This document shows positions 18,683 through 27,617 of a stretch of 64,000 nucleotides of DNA, one piece after another (the stretch's first letter is position 1; the number at the start of each line of letters is the position of its first letter). The notes below the pieces were generated by a model that worked only from the letters and a program-made list of their open reading frames with translations, was not told where the DNA came from and did not search any database. Origin of the DNA: an uncultured virus (IMG/VR IMGVR_UViG_2867919565_000004) (taxonomy: Duplodnaviria > Heunggongvirae > Uroviricota > Caudoviricetes). Location: IMG/VR virus record IMGVR_UViG_2867919565_000004, positions 62,001 through 126,000 of that record. One strand, written 5' to 3'. The translations under genes were made by a program, and so were the position numbers.

Positions 18683-18862
18683 ATGAAAAAGCAGTATTTA
18701 TTTAGTCATTTAATGGGGTTTATTGAGGGAAAAGTAGTCGATGGGACAGCAACACCCGAAGAAGAATACCTTTATCAGGATTACAAATGGTACGGAAAGA
18801 TTAATAAGCAAAGCTTTACATATCGAAGTTTAGTAAATCAATATCTTAATAGCGAATATTAA
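18683..18862 (+). CDS. 59-aa hypothetical protein (not in ORF track)
   Basis: GGAGGTG RBS; MKKQYLFSHLMGFIEGKVVDG... Confidence 0.7.
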   Translation: MKKQYLFSHLMGFIEGKVVDGTATPEEEYLYQDYKWYGKINKQSFTYRSLVNQYLNSEY

Positions 18863-18902
18863 GCACTTTTAGAGTAAAAATAAAATATACGGAGGGGATT
18901 GA

Positions 18903-20432
18903 TTGTTAACAGCTAAAGTTGGAGAGAACATAATACGGAGTTTTGATAACAAGTATGATCGATATACCTTAAAGAAGTGGTCAGATAAAAAGATCCTAAA
19001 ATGTCCAGTATGCAACGATACTTATGAATATTGTCACGGTGATATAGTGTCACCTTATTTCAGACATAAAAATAAAAAGTGTAGTGATTTTTATAGCGAG
19101 CCAGAAACAGACGAACATAGAAAAGGGAAGATCATGCTGTTTAATTGGATTAGTCAGCAGCCAAACATTGATAAATGCGAATTAGAAAAATGGCTCCCTG
19201 AAACTAAGCAAAGGCCCGACATTTATTTTGAGAAAAACGGAAAGAAGTATGTCATTGAATTTCAGTGTTCACCTATAGCTACAGAATTTTTAAACAGGAA
19301 AGAACTCTATAAATTAAACAATATCACTGATATCTGGATTCTAGGAATTGGAAAGTATAATTTAACAAAACATTATGAGGGTTACAATCATAGTTCACGT
19401 TTTAGAATAATTGAAAAAGAGTGCTCATCTAGTTTTGGTCTGTATTACTTAGATACAGAAAGTGAAGCATTTTTAATTGGAGACTCTGTGCTTCATATTA
19501 ACAACCTTGAGGTTAATCCATTTACCTTTACTGTTACGGAGTTTATAAAAAAGTATTATCTTAAGCCCAATATTCAAGGTGATCTTTTAACCCACCTGTC
19601 TAGTTTTGATGACCAGATACATTATTACATGCCTGTAAAGACAAAAGACGTTGAATTTAATGATTCTATTTGTTTAACCTTCGATTTTAAATCAAAATAC
19701 AAAGAAATCATTGATGAGGTAATTGAATCATATTCTAAATATTTATCTCACCTAGAATTCTTGAAGCAATTGAAGGAATTAAAAAAGTCTATCAGTATTA
19801 GAAAGATAAAAAAAGTCGTTAAATTGTTGAACGATAAATACTGTAATTTTAATCTCTCTTTCGAAATTTCAGGTTTTAATAGTCAATATTACATTTGTTC
19901 GATTAATTTTGAAGACTATGTCTTTTTTATAAAGAAAGAACAGATCGATTTTTGTTCTAAACATTACTATTTTTATCCCACCTACAGAAAAAGAAAAACA
20001 GTTTGGAGAGAAGGATATAGGCACAAGAACTTAAATTCATTAAAAATTAAATCTGTTTTTGATAACAGTGTTTCTAAATTTATAGAACAATGTGTAGAAC
20101 CCTTCATTTCGGAAAGAATAGAGAATGAGTTAAGGTTTCAAAAAAATATGAATATTGTTAAAGACTCTAACCTCAAAATTATTACAAATGATTATTGGAT
20201 AAATGGTAATGAACGATTTAAATATTATAGAAACATAGAAGAAATAAATGAAGAATTTATTAAAAATGAGCTTGTGGAAGATACGGTTAAATTTAAAAAG
20301 AGTAAAAATATAATATATATGTTTAACGAATCAAATGATATTAATAATATCATTAACACCCTAAAAGAAATTGGTTTTAACAATGTTGAAATGTTATCTA
20401 ATTGTACTAAGAAAAGAGGTAGTAATCGTTGA
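18903..20432 (+). CDS. CoiA-like PD-(D/E)XK nuclease domain protein
   Basis: CPVC..PYFRH..ETDEH..GK..E.WL..QRPDI..IEFQCS. Confidence 0.78.
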   Translation: MLTAKVGENIIRSFDNKYDRYTLKKWSDKKILKCPVCNDTYEYCHGDIVSPYFRHKNKKCSDFYSEPETDEHRKGKIMLFNWISQQPNIDKCELEKWLPETKQRPDIYFEKNGKKYVIEFQCSPIATEFLNRKELYKLNNITDIWILGIGKYNLTKHYEGYNHSSRFRIIEKECSSSFGLYYLDTESEAFLIGDSVLHINNLEVNPFTFTVTEFIKKYYLKPNIQGDLLTHLSSFDDQIHYYMPVKTKDVEFNDSICLTFDFKSKYKEIIDEVIESYSKYLSHLEFLKQLKELKKSISIRKIKKVVKLLNDKYCNFNLSFEISGFNSQYYICSINFEDYVFFIKKEQIDFCSKHYYFYPTYRKRKTVWREGYRHKNLNSLKIKSVFDNSVSKFIEQCVEPFISERIENELRFQKNMNIVKDSNLKIITNDYWINGNERFKYYRNIEEINEEFIKNELVEDTVKFKKSKNIIYMFNESNDINNIINTLKEIGFNNVEMLSNCTKKRGSNR

Positions 20433-23200
20433 CCAATGTTCAATACTTTACTTTTAAATTTAACTCTTCTAGATTAAAAGAGTTTAATTATAATATAAAA
20501 TTGACCTTTAAAGAAGCAAAAAAATTTAATGAAATTATCTCGTTATTTGACAATCAAATTTTGAGATCTATTAGAGATATAAAAAAGATATCTTGTGAGG
20601 ACACGCTTAGAACCCTATATATAGAAAAAGAAAAAATAAAAAAAAGCAACCATAGTAATGAGAGTGCAAAAAGATTAAATGAAATTCAAGAACAACTGGA
20701 TGACCTTCTTTTTGTTCCAGAGTATATAACAATTAAAATGGAGCACCCTAGCCACTATAGATATCTGTATAGAAAAGGTCTAACTCTAAACGGCAAACAG
20801 TTTGTTAGATTCTCTTCATCAGCTGGTCAGGCTAGAGCTTCAACTGTGGTGTTTATTGAAGCAAAAACAGCTAAACAACTAAATAAATTATTAGACAATG
20901 GTCGAGATATAGATAAGATGCTAGTCCCCTCCAAGTTCAATGCATACAAAGGTCTGGCCGGCAGCGCTACGAAAGTAGTTAGCACTCCAAAATTTTGTTT
21001 AACACCTGACTATTACAGCGATACTAATGTGAAAGTTAACTTTGTTACTGAAACTCCACTTGAAGATGATGACATTATTGAAATTAAAGATATTGTTGAA
21101 TCATTTAATCGTTTTGATGGTCAGGGTTTAATTAGTTATGAGATGGCAGAGAAATGGGCAGCAGAATTGGGGCTCGATTACGTTCCTGCACAATGGTGTA
21201 TTAGACAAAACTTTATAAAAGGTATGCTAAACACCTTCCCTATTCATGAGTTTTGTGAAACAGTCAATAACGGAAATTACAGAATAAGAACATCCTATAA
21301 AGATGAAAATGGAAACCCCAAGATAGTTGATTTAAGAGACATTGATGTAATTTTGACTGAAAGCCAATTTAAATTATGGGACAGCTTCCCTTCAATTGAG
21401 GTTTATCAGGAAAATTGCATAAAAAACAATTTAAGATGGGGAGTGTCTCTCCATAGTCCTAAAAAAGATAAAGACATCTTGAAGATGAATTATCAGTTTC
21501 TACAAACACTTAATTTGAATAATGAGGATATTGAAAAGATTTGTGAGAAATTCGTTAATTGGATTACAGGAGTTAACGGGGGAAACATTTATTACACTAT
21601 CCTCTTCCTCATTGGAACTGATATAACTGACGATAAGGTTGAAAACTACATAGACAAGTCAGATAATCATTGGATAAAATCATTGCTTGTTAATCCTAAT
21701 TTAATTAATGACAAATACATAAAAAAGAAGATATATGACTTAATGAAAAAGAAAATCCAACGAGGTTGCCTCGGGGACATAATTCTGGATGGGAACTTTC
21801 AAACTTTAGTAAGTGATCCTTATGCCATGATGCAGCATGTTTGTGGACTTCAAGTTACTGGGCTTTTAGGAAAACGTGAGTATTATTCTAACTATTGGAA
21901 TCAAAAAGGTGTCAAATATGTTGATAGTATGAGAGCCCCCCTCACCTACCGAAGTGAACACTTGATCTTAACTCTTAAGAAGAATGAAGAAGTTGATTAT
22001 TGGTACAGACATAACTACACAGGAATAATCGTTAATGTACATGGATCAGAAACAATGAACTGGGCTGGGAGCGATTTTGATTATGACATCATTGCAACTA
22101 CTTCAGACGAAACTGTACTCAAAGGAGTTTATAAAGATGAGTTACCTGTAGTGTATACCCCTCCTACTTCTGAGAAAAGGATTCTTACCGAAGATGACTT
22201 ATTCAATGCAGACTTATTCTCTTTTGGGTCAATCATCGGTTCAATAACAAACAAAAGTACAAGTGGTTATGCGCTTTTAGCTGAATTGGACACTGATTCT
22301 AAAGAATATGAAACAACTTTAAATCGAGTAAAGATGTGCACAAAGCTTCAAAGCGCTCAGATTGATAAAGCTAAGATCGGTAGAGAGGTTAAAGGTATTC
22401 CCTCCCCTTGGGTTAACTACAACAAGGTTAAAGACACGGATTCTGATGAAACTAAGACTGAAAAAGAATTTAAGAATAGGATTTTGCTAGACAGACACCC
22501 ATATTTCTTCATCTATTTGTATAAAGGAACTAAAAATAAGTACAAAAAACACGTCAAAAGCTATGACATTACTTGTCAACAGAAGTTTGGAGTAAGTCTT
22601 CAAGAGCTTAGGACAGTAAAAAGAAAAACAAAAGAACAACGAGACTTTTTGAAGCTATTTGAAAGATTTAATCCTGTAATTGAAAGTGAATGTGTAATGA
22701 ATCGTATTTGCAAATATATTGAGTCTGTTGATTTTGGAATAAGGAATATCGTTAGCAATGATTGTGATGAAGAAATTTATAAATTGTATTTGAGTGATGA
22801 AGCTGTGTTTGATGAGGAAAAATACTTAAAAGTCAAAGGCCTGTACGGCAAGTTCAAGAAATCTATTGGACAAAGCGCTGTTTTAAACACAGGAGATCCT
22901 TCTGAAAGAAGCTCGTACGACTCTGAGTTACATACCCAAATATCAAATTCACAAGAACTATTCAAACAAGAGGTTTTTCAAATAAGTTCGAGTGTTAATG
23001 AAGTAACCAATTACCTAGTTAAATTATTTTATTTTGATGAAAAGACAGCTAACAAAGAAGTTTTATGGTCTGCTTTTGGCCAATACATATTTGAAAATAT
23101 CAAAAAGAAAGCAAAAGAATTTTACATACCTGCTTCTGATACTAAAGGAGAGATCGAATATTTGAATAATAGATACACATTGAAAAAGGTGGTGTTGTAA
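20429..23200 (+). CDS. yonO: YonO-type single-subunit two-barrel RNA polymerase
   Basis: FDGQGLI, IRQNFIKG, MRAP, GSDFDYD, QSAQIDKAK; position before HU and late operon. Confidence 0.85.
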   Translation: MTNVQYFTFKFNSSRLKEFNYNIKLTFKEAKKFNEIISLFDNQILRSIRDIKKISCEDTLRTLYIEKEKIKKSNHSNESAKRLNEIQEQLDDLLFVPEYITIKMEHPSHYRYLYRKGLTLNGKQFVRFSSSAGQARASTVVFIEAKTAKQLNKLLDNGRDIDKMLVPSKFNAYKGLAGSATKVVSTPKFCLTPDYYSDTNVKVNFVTETPLEDDDIIEIKDIVESFNRFDGQGLISYEMAEKWAAELGLDYVPAQWCIRQNFIKGMLNTFPIHEFCETVNNGNYRIRTSYKDENGNPKIVDLRDIDVILTESQFKLWDSFPSIEVYQENCIKNNLRWGVSLHSPKKDKDILKMNYQFLQTLNLNNEDIEKICEKFVNWITGVNGGNIYYTILFLIGTDITDDKVENYIDKSDNHWIKSLLVNPNLINDKYIKKKIYDLMKKKIQRGCLGDIILDGNFQTLVSDPYAMMQHVCGLQVTGLLGKREYYSNYWNQKGVKYVDSMRAPLTYRSEHLILTLKKNEEVDYWYRHNYTGIIVNVHGSETMNWAGSDFDYDIIATTSDETVLKGVYKDELPVVYTPPTSEKRILTEDDLFNADLFSFGSIIGSITNKSTSGYALLAELDTDSKEYETTLNRVKMCTKLQSAQIDKAKIGREVKGIPSPWVNYNKVKDTDSDETKTEKEFKNRILLDRHPYFFIYLYKGTKNKYKKHVKSYDITCQQKFGVSLQELRTVKRKTKEQRDFLKLFERFNPVIESECVMNRICKYIESVDFGIRNIVSNDCDEEIYKLYLSDEAVFDEEKYLKVKGLYGKFKKSIGQSAVLNTGDPSERSSYDSELHTQISNSQELFKQEVFQISSSVNEVTNYLVKLFYFDEKTANKEVLWSAFGQYIFENIKKKAKEFYIPASDTKGEIEYLNNRYTLKKVVL

Positions 23201-24027
23201 TGAGTGACATAAAGTTTAAAGAAAAGGATTACGCAGAGCTCTTACTCAAAAAAGGCTTAATTTCGAAAAATTTCGGCACTGAAATGAAAATCTTAGCTAA
23301 ATATTTTAAATCATTGGGTAAAAAGCCAAAAGAACGAGAGAAATTACTCTATGAGTTTTGTGAAAACTATGTAACTGATTTTAGCCGGGTTCTTTATTTT
23401 AAAAAAATCAATTCAGCCCTTAATTATGCAAGGAAAAAAGAAAATGTTCTAATCAATATTGATCAAATTGAAATAACGAAAAACGAACTTGAAGTAATTG
23501 ACTCTTTAGATGTTGACCATGTACAAAAGAAACTTTGTTTTACTCTCCTAACACTAAACAAGCTTTACTCAACAATCCATGAAACTAAATATGGTGAGAA
23601 AGCTGAAGAACATTTTTACGGGGGCAACAATAAGAAGTACAAAGAGTTAATTGACTATTCACATACTTCCCTCACAGCAAACAAACTTCATCTAATTATC
23701 GGAGAACTAGCTGCCAAGGGAATTGTTGAAATAAGAAATAAAGGTTTTATAAAACTATCCTTTATATATGAGATTAACCCTGATAGCGAAGTATCGATTT
23801 TAATTAATTCTTTTAATGATATAGGACTCTATTATGACCTATATACAAATCAACCGAGGGTTAAACAATGTTCCGCTTGTAATACACCGATTAAAATTAA
23901 AAGTAACAAAACAAAGTATTGCTCCAGTTGTGCTAAAGAAATTAAATCTATACAGGTACGAAATTTGGCTAGAGAATCAATGAGAAAGACTCGCTCTAAA
24001 AATGTTAATAAAATAGAAAAACGCTGA
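23200..24027 (+). CDS. Hypothetical protein with C-terminal Zn finger
   Basis: CSAC...YCSSC; coupled to yonO by TAATG. Confidence 0.75.
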   Translation: MSDIKFKEKDYAELLLKKGLISKNFGTEMKILAKYFKSLGKKPKEREKLLYEFCENYVTDFSRVLYFKKINSALNYARKKENVLINIDQIEITKNELEVIDSLDVDHVQKKLCFTLLTLNKLYSTIHETKYGEKAEEHFYGGNNKKYKELIDYSHTSLTANKLHLIIGELAAKGIVEIRNKGFIKLSFIYEINPDSEVSILINSFNDIGLYYDLYTNQPRVKQCSACNTPIKIKSNKTKYCSSCAKEIKSIQVRNLARESMRKTRSKNVNKIEKR

Positions 24028-24132
24028 AGTCCTTGATACATAAGGGTTTGAAGGACATTTATAAATTTTCTAGTTATGGTAAGACATTTACATATTAAGA
24101 ATAAAAATAAAATATTAAAGGAGAGAACACAT

Positions 24133-24408
24133 ATGAACAAAACAGAATTTGTTGGAGCAGTTGCAGAGAAATTAGGAGTTACTAAGAAAGAAGCTACGCC
24201 TAAAGTAGAAGCAGTATTTAATGTGATCGTTGAAACACTTACAAAAGGTGAATCAATCAAGATTCCAGGAGTTGGAACGTTTGAAGTTCGTGAACGTGCA
24301 GCACGTAAAGGGCGAAATCCACAATCGGGTGAGGAAATTGATATTCCAGCTACAAAGGCACCTGCCTTCAAGGCTGCAAAAGCTCTAAAAGACGCAGTAA
24401 AAGCTTAA
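24133..24408 (+). CDS. yonN: HU-family DNA-binding protein
   Basis: MNKTEFV...GTFEVRERAARKGRNPQSGEEIDIPATKAPAFKA. Confidence 0.93.
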   Translation: MNKTEFVGAVAEKLGVTKKEATPKVEAVFNVIVETLTKGESIKIPGVGTFEVRERAARKGRNPQSGEEIDIPATKAPAFKAAKALKDAVKA

Positions 24409-24444
24409 TAATATAAGTGAAGGATTAGTACTCCCTCCCCTATA

Positions 24445-24585
24445 AATGTGGTGGCGGAATAGGTAGACGCTTAGACGAACATAAGGACGGTACTGTGAAG
24501 TAGACTACAGGGCTACATAATAGTCGACTTGGCTAACGGTTGTTAAAATCTGTCCATGAGAGGTGCAAATCCTCTCCCGCATTCA
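24445..24585 (+). ncRNA. tRNA-like RNA with ~87-nt insert replacing the anticodon arm
   Basis: Acceptor AATGTGG/CCGCATT; D-arm TGGCGGAATAGGTAGACGC; T-arm GAGAGG-TGCAAAT-CCTCTC. Confidence 0.7.
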
Positions 24586-24599
24586 TCTCCAGGTTAATT

Positions 24600-26150
24600 A
24601 ATTAGAGTTATTTTATTGATGGCATGGGGGTGTCGTCAATAATAAGCTGTTTACTGATATGTGGGATATCAGTTCTCGGCTAATATTCATTTGTTTGAGG
24701 ACTTGGAATGCCAGGGTTTCGGATAAGTGGATATTAGCGGGGTATTGCCCCACCGTGGGTTAAGCTTTTTCTAAATATGTCTATTCTCACTTTCATACGA
24801 ACAAAAGCATTAAATTCGACTTTACAGCTACAACTGGTCATTGTGGTTGGTCGGATAATGGTCATTATGAGGGTTCGAGGTTAACTCGGATGTCTGTATC
24901 TCAAAGAGACAGTTAAATGGCTATTATCGGGCTAAATATGTCGGTAAGACCATTGCTACTCAAGCTGAAAAATTGCTGTTTATGTAGGGTGAATCCCATC
25001 ACAGTTTTACTATGGGTGACATGTAGCCTGAATATTAATTGCGGTGTACTGCTTCGGCTTGCACTTAGGTAAGGAAGATGCGTCTCCCTTCCCTTTAAAT
25101 AATGCCCTTGTAAGCTTTGTTTTGCTTATTAGAGGTAATCAAAAATTTTTCCGGGTTAGCGAGGCTTTGTAATTACATACCCTCGTAAAATAAGTGAAAT
25201 GGTTTTTGGGCGCTTGATCACCGCTCCCATTTCACAGAAAAGGATTATTTTCGGTCTTGCCTTTTCAATTTTCACTTAGCAACACATTCGCTATTTATTC
25301 ACTTTATCTCCTTCAATGTTCTGAATGGAGCCTTACCTTTCCCATGCACATACCTCCTTACACGGGTCATAGAAAATTGTGCAAAATAAACGGTGAGCGT
25401 TTGAGACACTTTGTTTCTCAATAAGGCGTGTAACCTGACAAGAGCATTAAAAATGCCATTGAGAAGGCTTATTAGGGTCTTCCCTTCACAAATTTTTCCT
25501 TGGCTCTCAGACTCTAAGGGCTGAGCAGTTGGCAAGCAACATAAAAACTTGATACATTTTCCGGACTACGAGAGCCGGACGTTGGCAAGCAACATAAAAA
25601 CTTGATATATAAGATGTAAAGGTGATAGGAACTTTTAACACATTCCAGAAAGCGTGTATTATTTGTTGTCATAGCTCATCTGCCAGGTGTAGAAGGAGCC
25701 AGCTGGATTTCACACAACGATAACCAGCCTTTTATGCTCATGTACCATGATGTACAAGGAGTTCCTGAAGACGTCATTATGACGTCTTTTGTTATTTTCG
25801 GCTTACTTATAGTTTGTCCGACTACAAAGGTTTCAATCGCTGAACCCGTAATCAGCGTATTCCCTGTCGATCTGAAGGCTTGCGTCCCTACGTGAGCTAC
25901 TGACGTAGGTGAAACGGGGTTAGAATGTAATCAGAACAAGGCCATCTAAATCGTTAGAAGGTCTTTTTGTGCTTGCGTTTTACTTTACCGATCACCGGAA
26001 TGTGCTTACGAGCCTTCTGGTACGCAAGTTATCAATAATCTCCTTCGGGCGTTTCCCCAACGCCTATCCGACTTATCTTTTCATCTCCTTTATATCCCCT
26101 TTTCGGACGTTGCCGATGCTTCGGATCATCGGGCTTCCGAAGGAGTTTAT
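24600..26150 (+). ncRNA. Array of structured non-coding RNA elements
   Basis: Consecutive G.U-containing stems and no RBS-supported ORF; transcript boundaries unknown. Confidence 0.55.
25506..25607 (+). repeat. Two units of hairpin + 27-bp exact repeat
   Basis: GTTGGCAAGCAACATAAAAACTTGATA at 25528 and 25581. Confidence 0.9.
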
Positions 26151-26187
26151 TGTACGTAAATAAAACGAATAATTGGAGGAATTAAAT

Positions 26188-26373
26188 TTGGCTAAGAAAG
26201 TCCATACAGTAAATTTAAAAGGTAACTATACTTACATTGATGGAATTATTGAAGAAGAAACAAAAACAGACATCGAGCGTTATGATCTAAATTCAATCTT
26301 AAAATCATTTGATGGTCGGAAAGTGAAAATTTCTATTACCGAAGAAGACGAACTTCCACAAATCAATGAGTAG
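26188..26373 (+). CDS. yonK: YonK-like protein
   Basis: GGAGG RBS, TTG start; KKVHTVNLKG...FDGRKVKISITEEDELP. Confidence 0.75.
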   Translation: MAKKVHTVNLKGNYTYIDGIIEEETKTDIERYDLNSILKSFDGRKVKISITEEDELPQINE

Positions 26374-26384
26374 GTGGTGACTGA

Positions 26385-27617
26385 ATGACAGCTATTTTAG
26401 ATCCTGTTTTGCATCGTGAAAAAGACGAATCATTTACTGATTATCATATTAGACTTTTCAAAAACAAAGACACTTATCACATTGACACAAAAACAATTGC
26501 ATCCCTTTTAAATAAGGATCAAGGAACCAACTATGATGAAAGCAAATGGCGTAAAGACTTTAAACAATTTGAACGCTGGCACGATTACTTCATCTCAAAG
26601 AATATGAACAAAGAAGTTCAACAAAAACATGAAGAAATTCGCATTGAAACCGAAAAACAAACAATCAAAGCACGAGATCAAAAAAGAGAATACCGCAAGT
26701 TCATTGCCAATCAAGCACGATTTGAAAAAATTAAAGATGATGTTGTTCAAGCTATTGCATCTCTAGAGTCAAAAAGACCCCTTCGCTTCACCTTCCCATC
26801 ACCTGCTATTACTGAAAAACATGGACTTGCTCTATTCAGTGATTGGCACTTCGGAATGGAAATTGACAACCGCATTAATAAATTCAATAAAGAAATCTTT
26901 AATGAGCGTGTAGAACATCTCACCAACAAAGTAATTGAGTATGGTAAGCAGAATCATATTTCCACACTACATGTAGCAAACCTCGGTGATTTAATCGGAG
27001 GTCTTATTCATGTGTCTACAAGAGTTCAAGCTAATGAAGATGCTGTAGAACAAATTAAATATGTATCAGAAACGCTTGCTGAGGTTTTAGCGATGTTGGC
27101 AAGTGAGTTTCAAGAGGTTAAGTTCTACAACGTGGCAGGAAATCACGGTCGTCTCTCACCTTCTAAGAATGATGTGGGGATCAAAGAAAACTTTGAATAC
27201 CTCATTAATTGGTATCTTGAAGCCAGATTGAAGAATATAAAGAACATCTCAATTGAACCTGAGCAAGACGGATTCATCCCCGCTAAAATCAACAATCAGG
27301 AAGTCGTGTTTGTGCACGGCCACTACGATCGTGTTGATCAGTGTGTAACACGATTACCTCAATTACTTGGCTACATCCCTTCTTACATATTCGGTGGTCA
27401 TATTCATCACAATTATGAAAAAGAGTACGGCAGCACAACAGTTGTAGTAAACGGAGCGCTTGTCGGTGCGGATGATTATGCTATGCAAGGTCGGTTTGGT
27501 ACAAAACCTTCTCAAAAATTTATGGTTTTTGATGATGCAGGTATTGAGGCTACATACATAATTCGCTTTAAAAATGAAAATCAGGGAGGAAATATACGTG
27601 GACTTAGCAATGCATGA
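26385..27617 (+). CDS. yonJ: YonJ-like calcineurin-like metallophosphoesterase
   Basis: SDWH, LGD, GNHGR, VHGH, GHIH motifs. Confidence 0.82.
   Translation: MTAILDPVLHREKDESFTDYHIRLFKNKDTYHIDTKTIASLLNKDQGTNYDESKWRKDFKQFERWHDYFISKNMNKEVQQKHEEIRIETEKQTIKARDQKREYRKFIANQARFEKIKDDVVQAIASLESKRPLRFTFPSPAITEKHGLALFSDWHFGMEIDNRINKFNKEIFNERVEHLTNKVIEYGKQNHISTLHVANLGDLIGGLIHVSTRVQANEDAVEQIKYVSETLAEVLAMLASEFQEVKFYNVAGNHGRLSPSKNDVGIKENFEYLINWYLEARLKNIKNISIEPEQDGFIPAKINNQEVVFVHGHYDRVDQCVTRLPQLLGYIPSYIFGGHIHHNYEKEYGSTTVVVNGALVGADDYAMQGRFGTKPSQKFMVFDDAGIEATYIIRFKNENQGGNIRGLSNA

Noticed and set aside
24445..24585. Canonical tRNA, tmRNA or group I intron-containing tRNA
   Set aside because: No 7-nt anticodon loop at the expected place; insert too short for a tmRNA tag domain or an intron core
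25347..25490. Self-cleaving ribozyme (CTGACAAG near paired TTACACG/CGTGTAA)
   Set aside because: Stems are present but I could not fit the hammerhead CUGANGA/GAAA core or twister/pistol consensus by eye; needs Infernal
25528..25607. CRISPR mini-array (27-bp repeat, 26-bp spacer)
   Set aside because: Only two repeats and no cas genes; the spacer is a structural homologue of the hairpin before the first repeat, so this is a duplicated RNA unit
25299..26163. ORFs 25299-25535 (-) and 25969-26163 (+)
   Set aside because: No convincing RBS, atypical composition, and they overlap RNA stems
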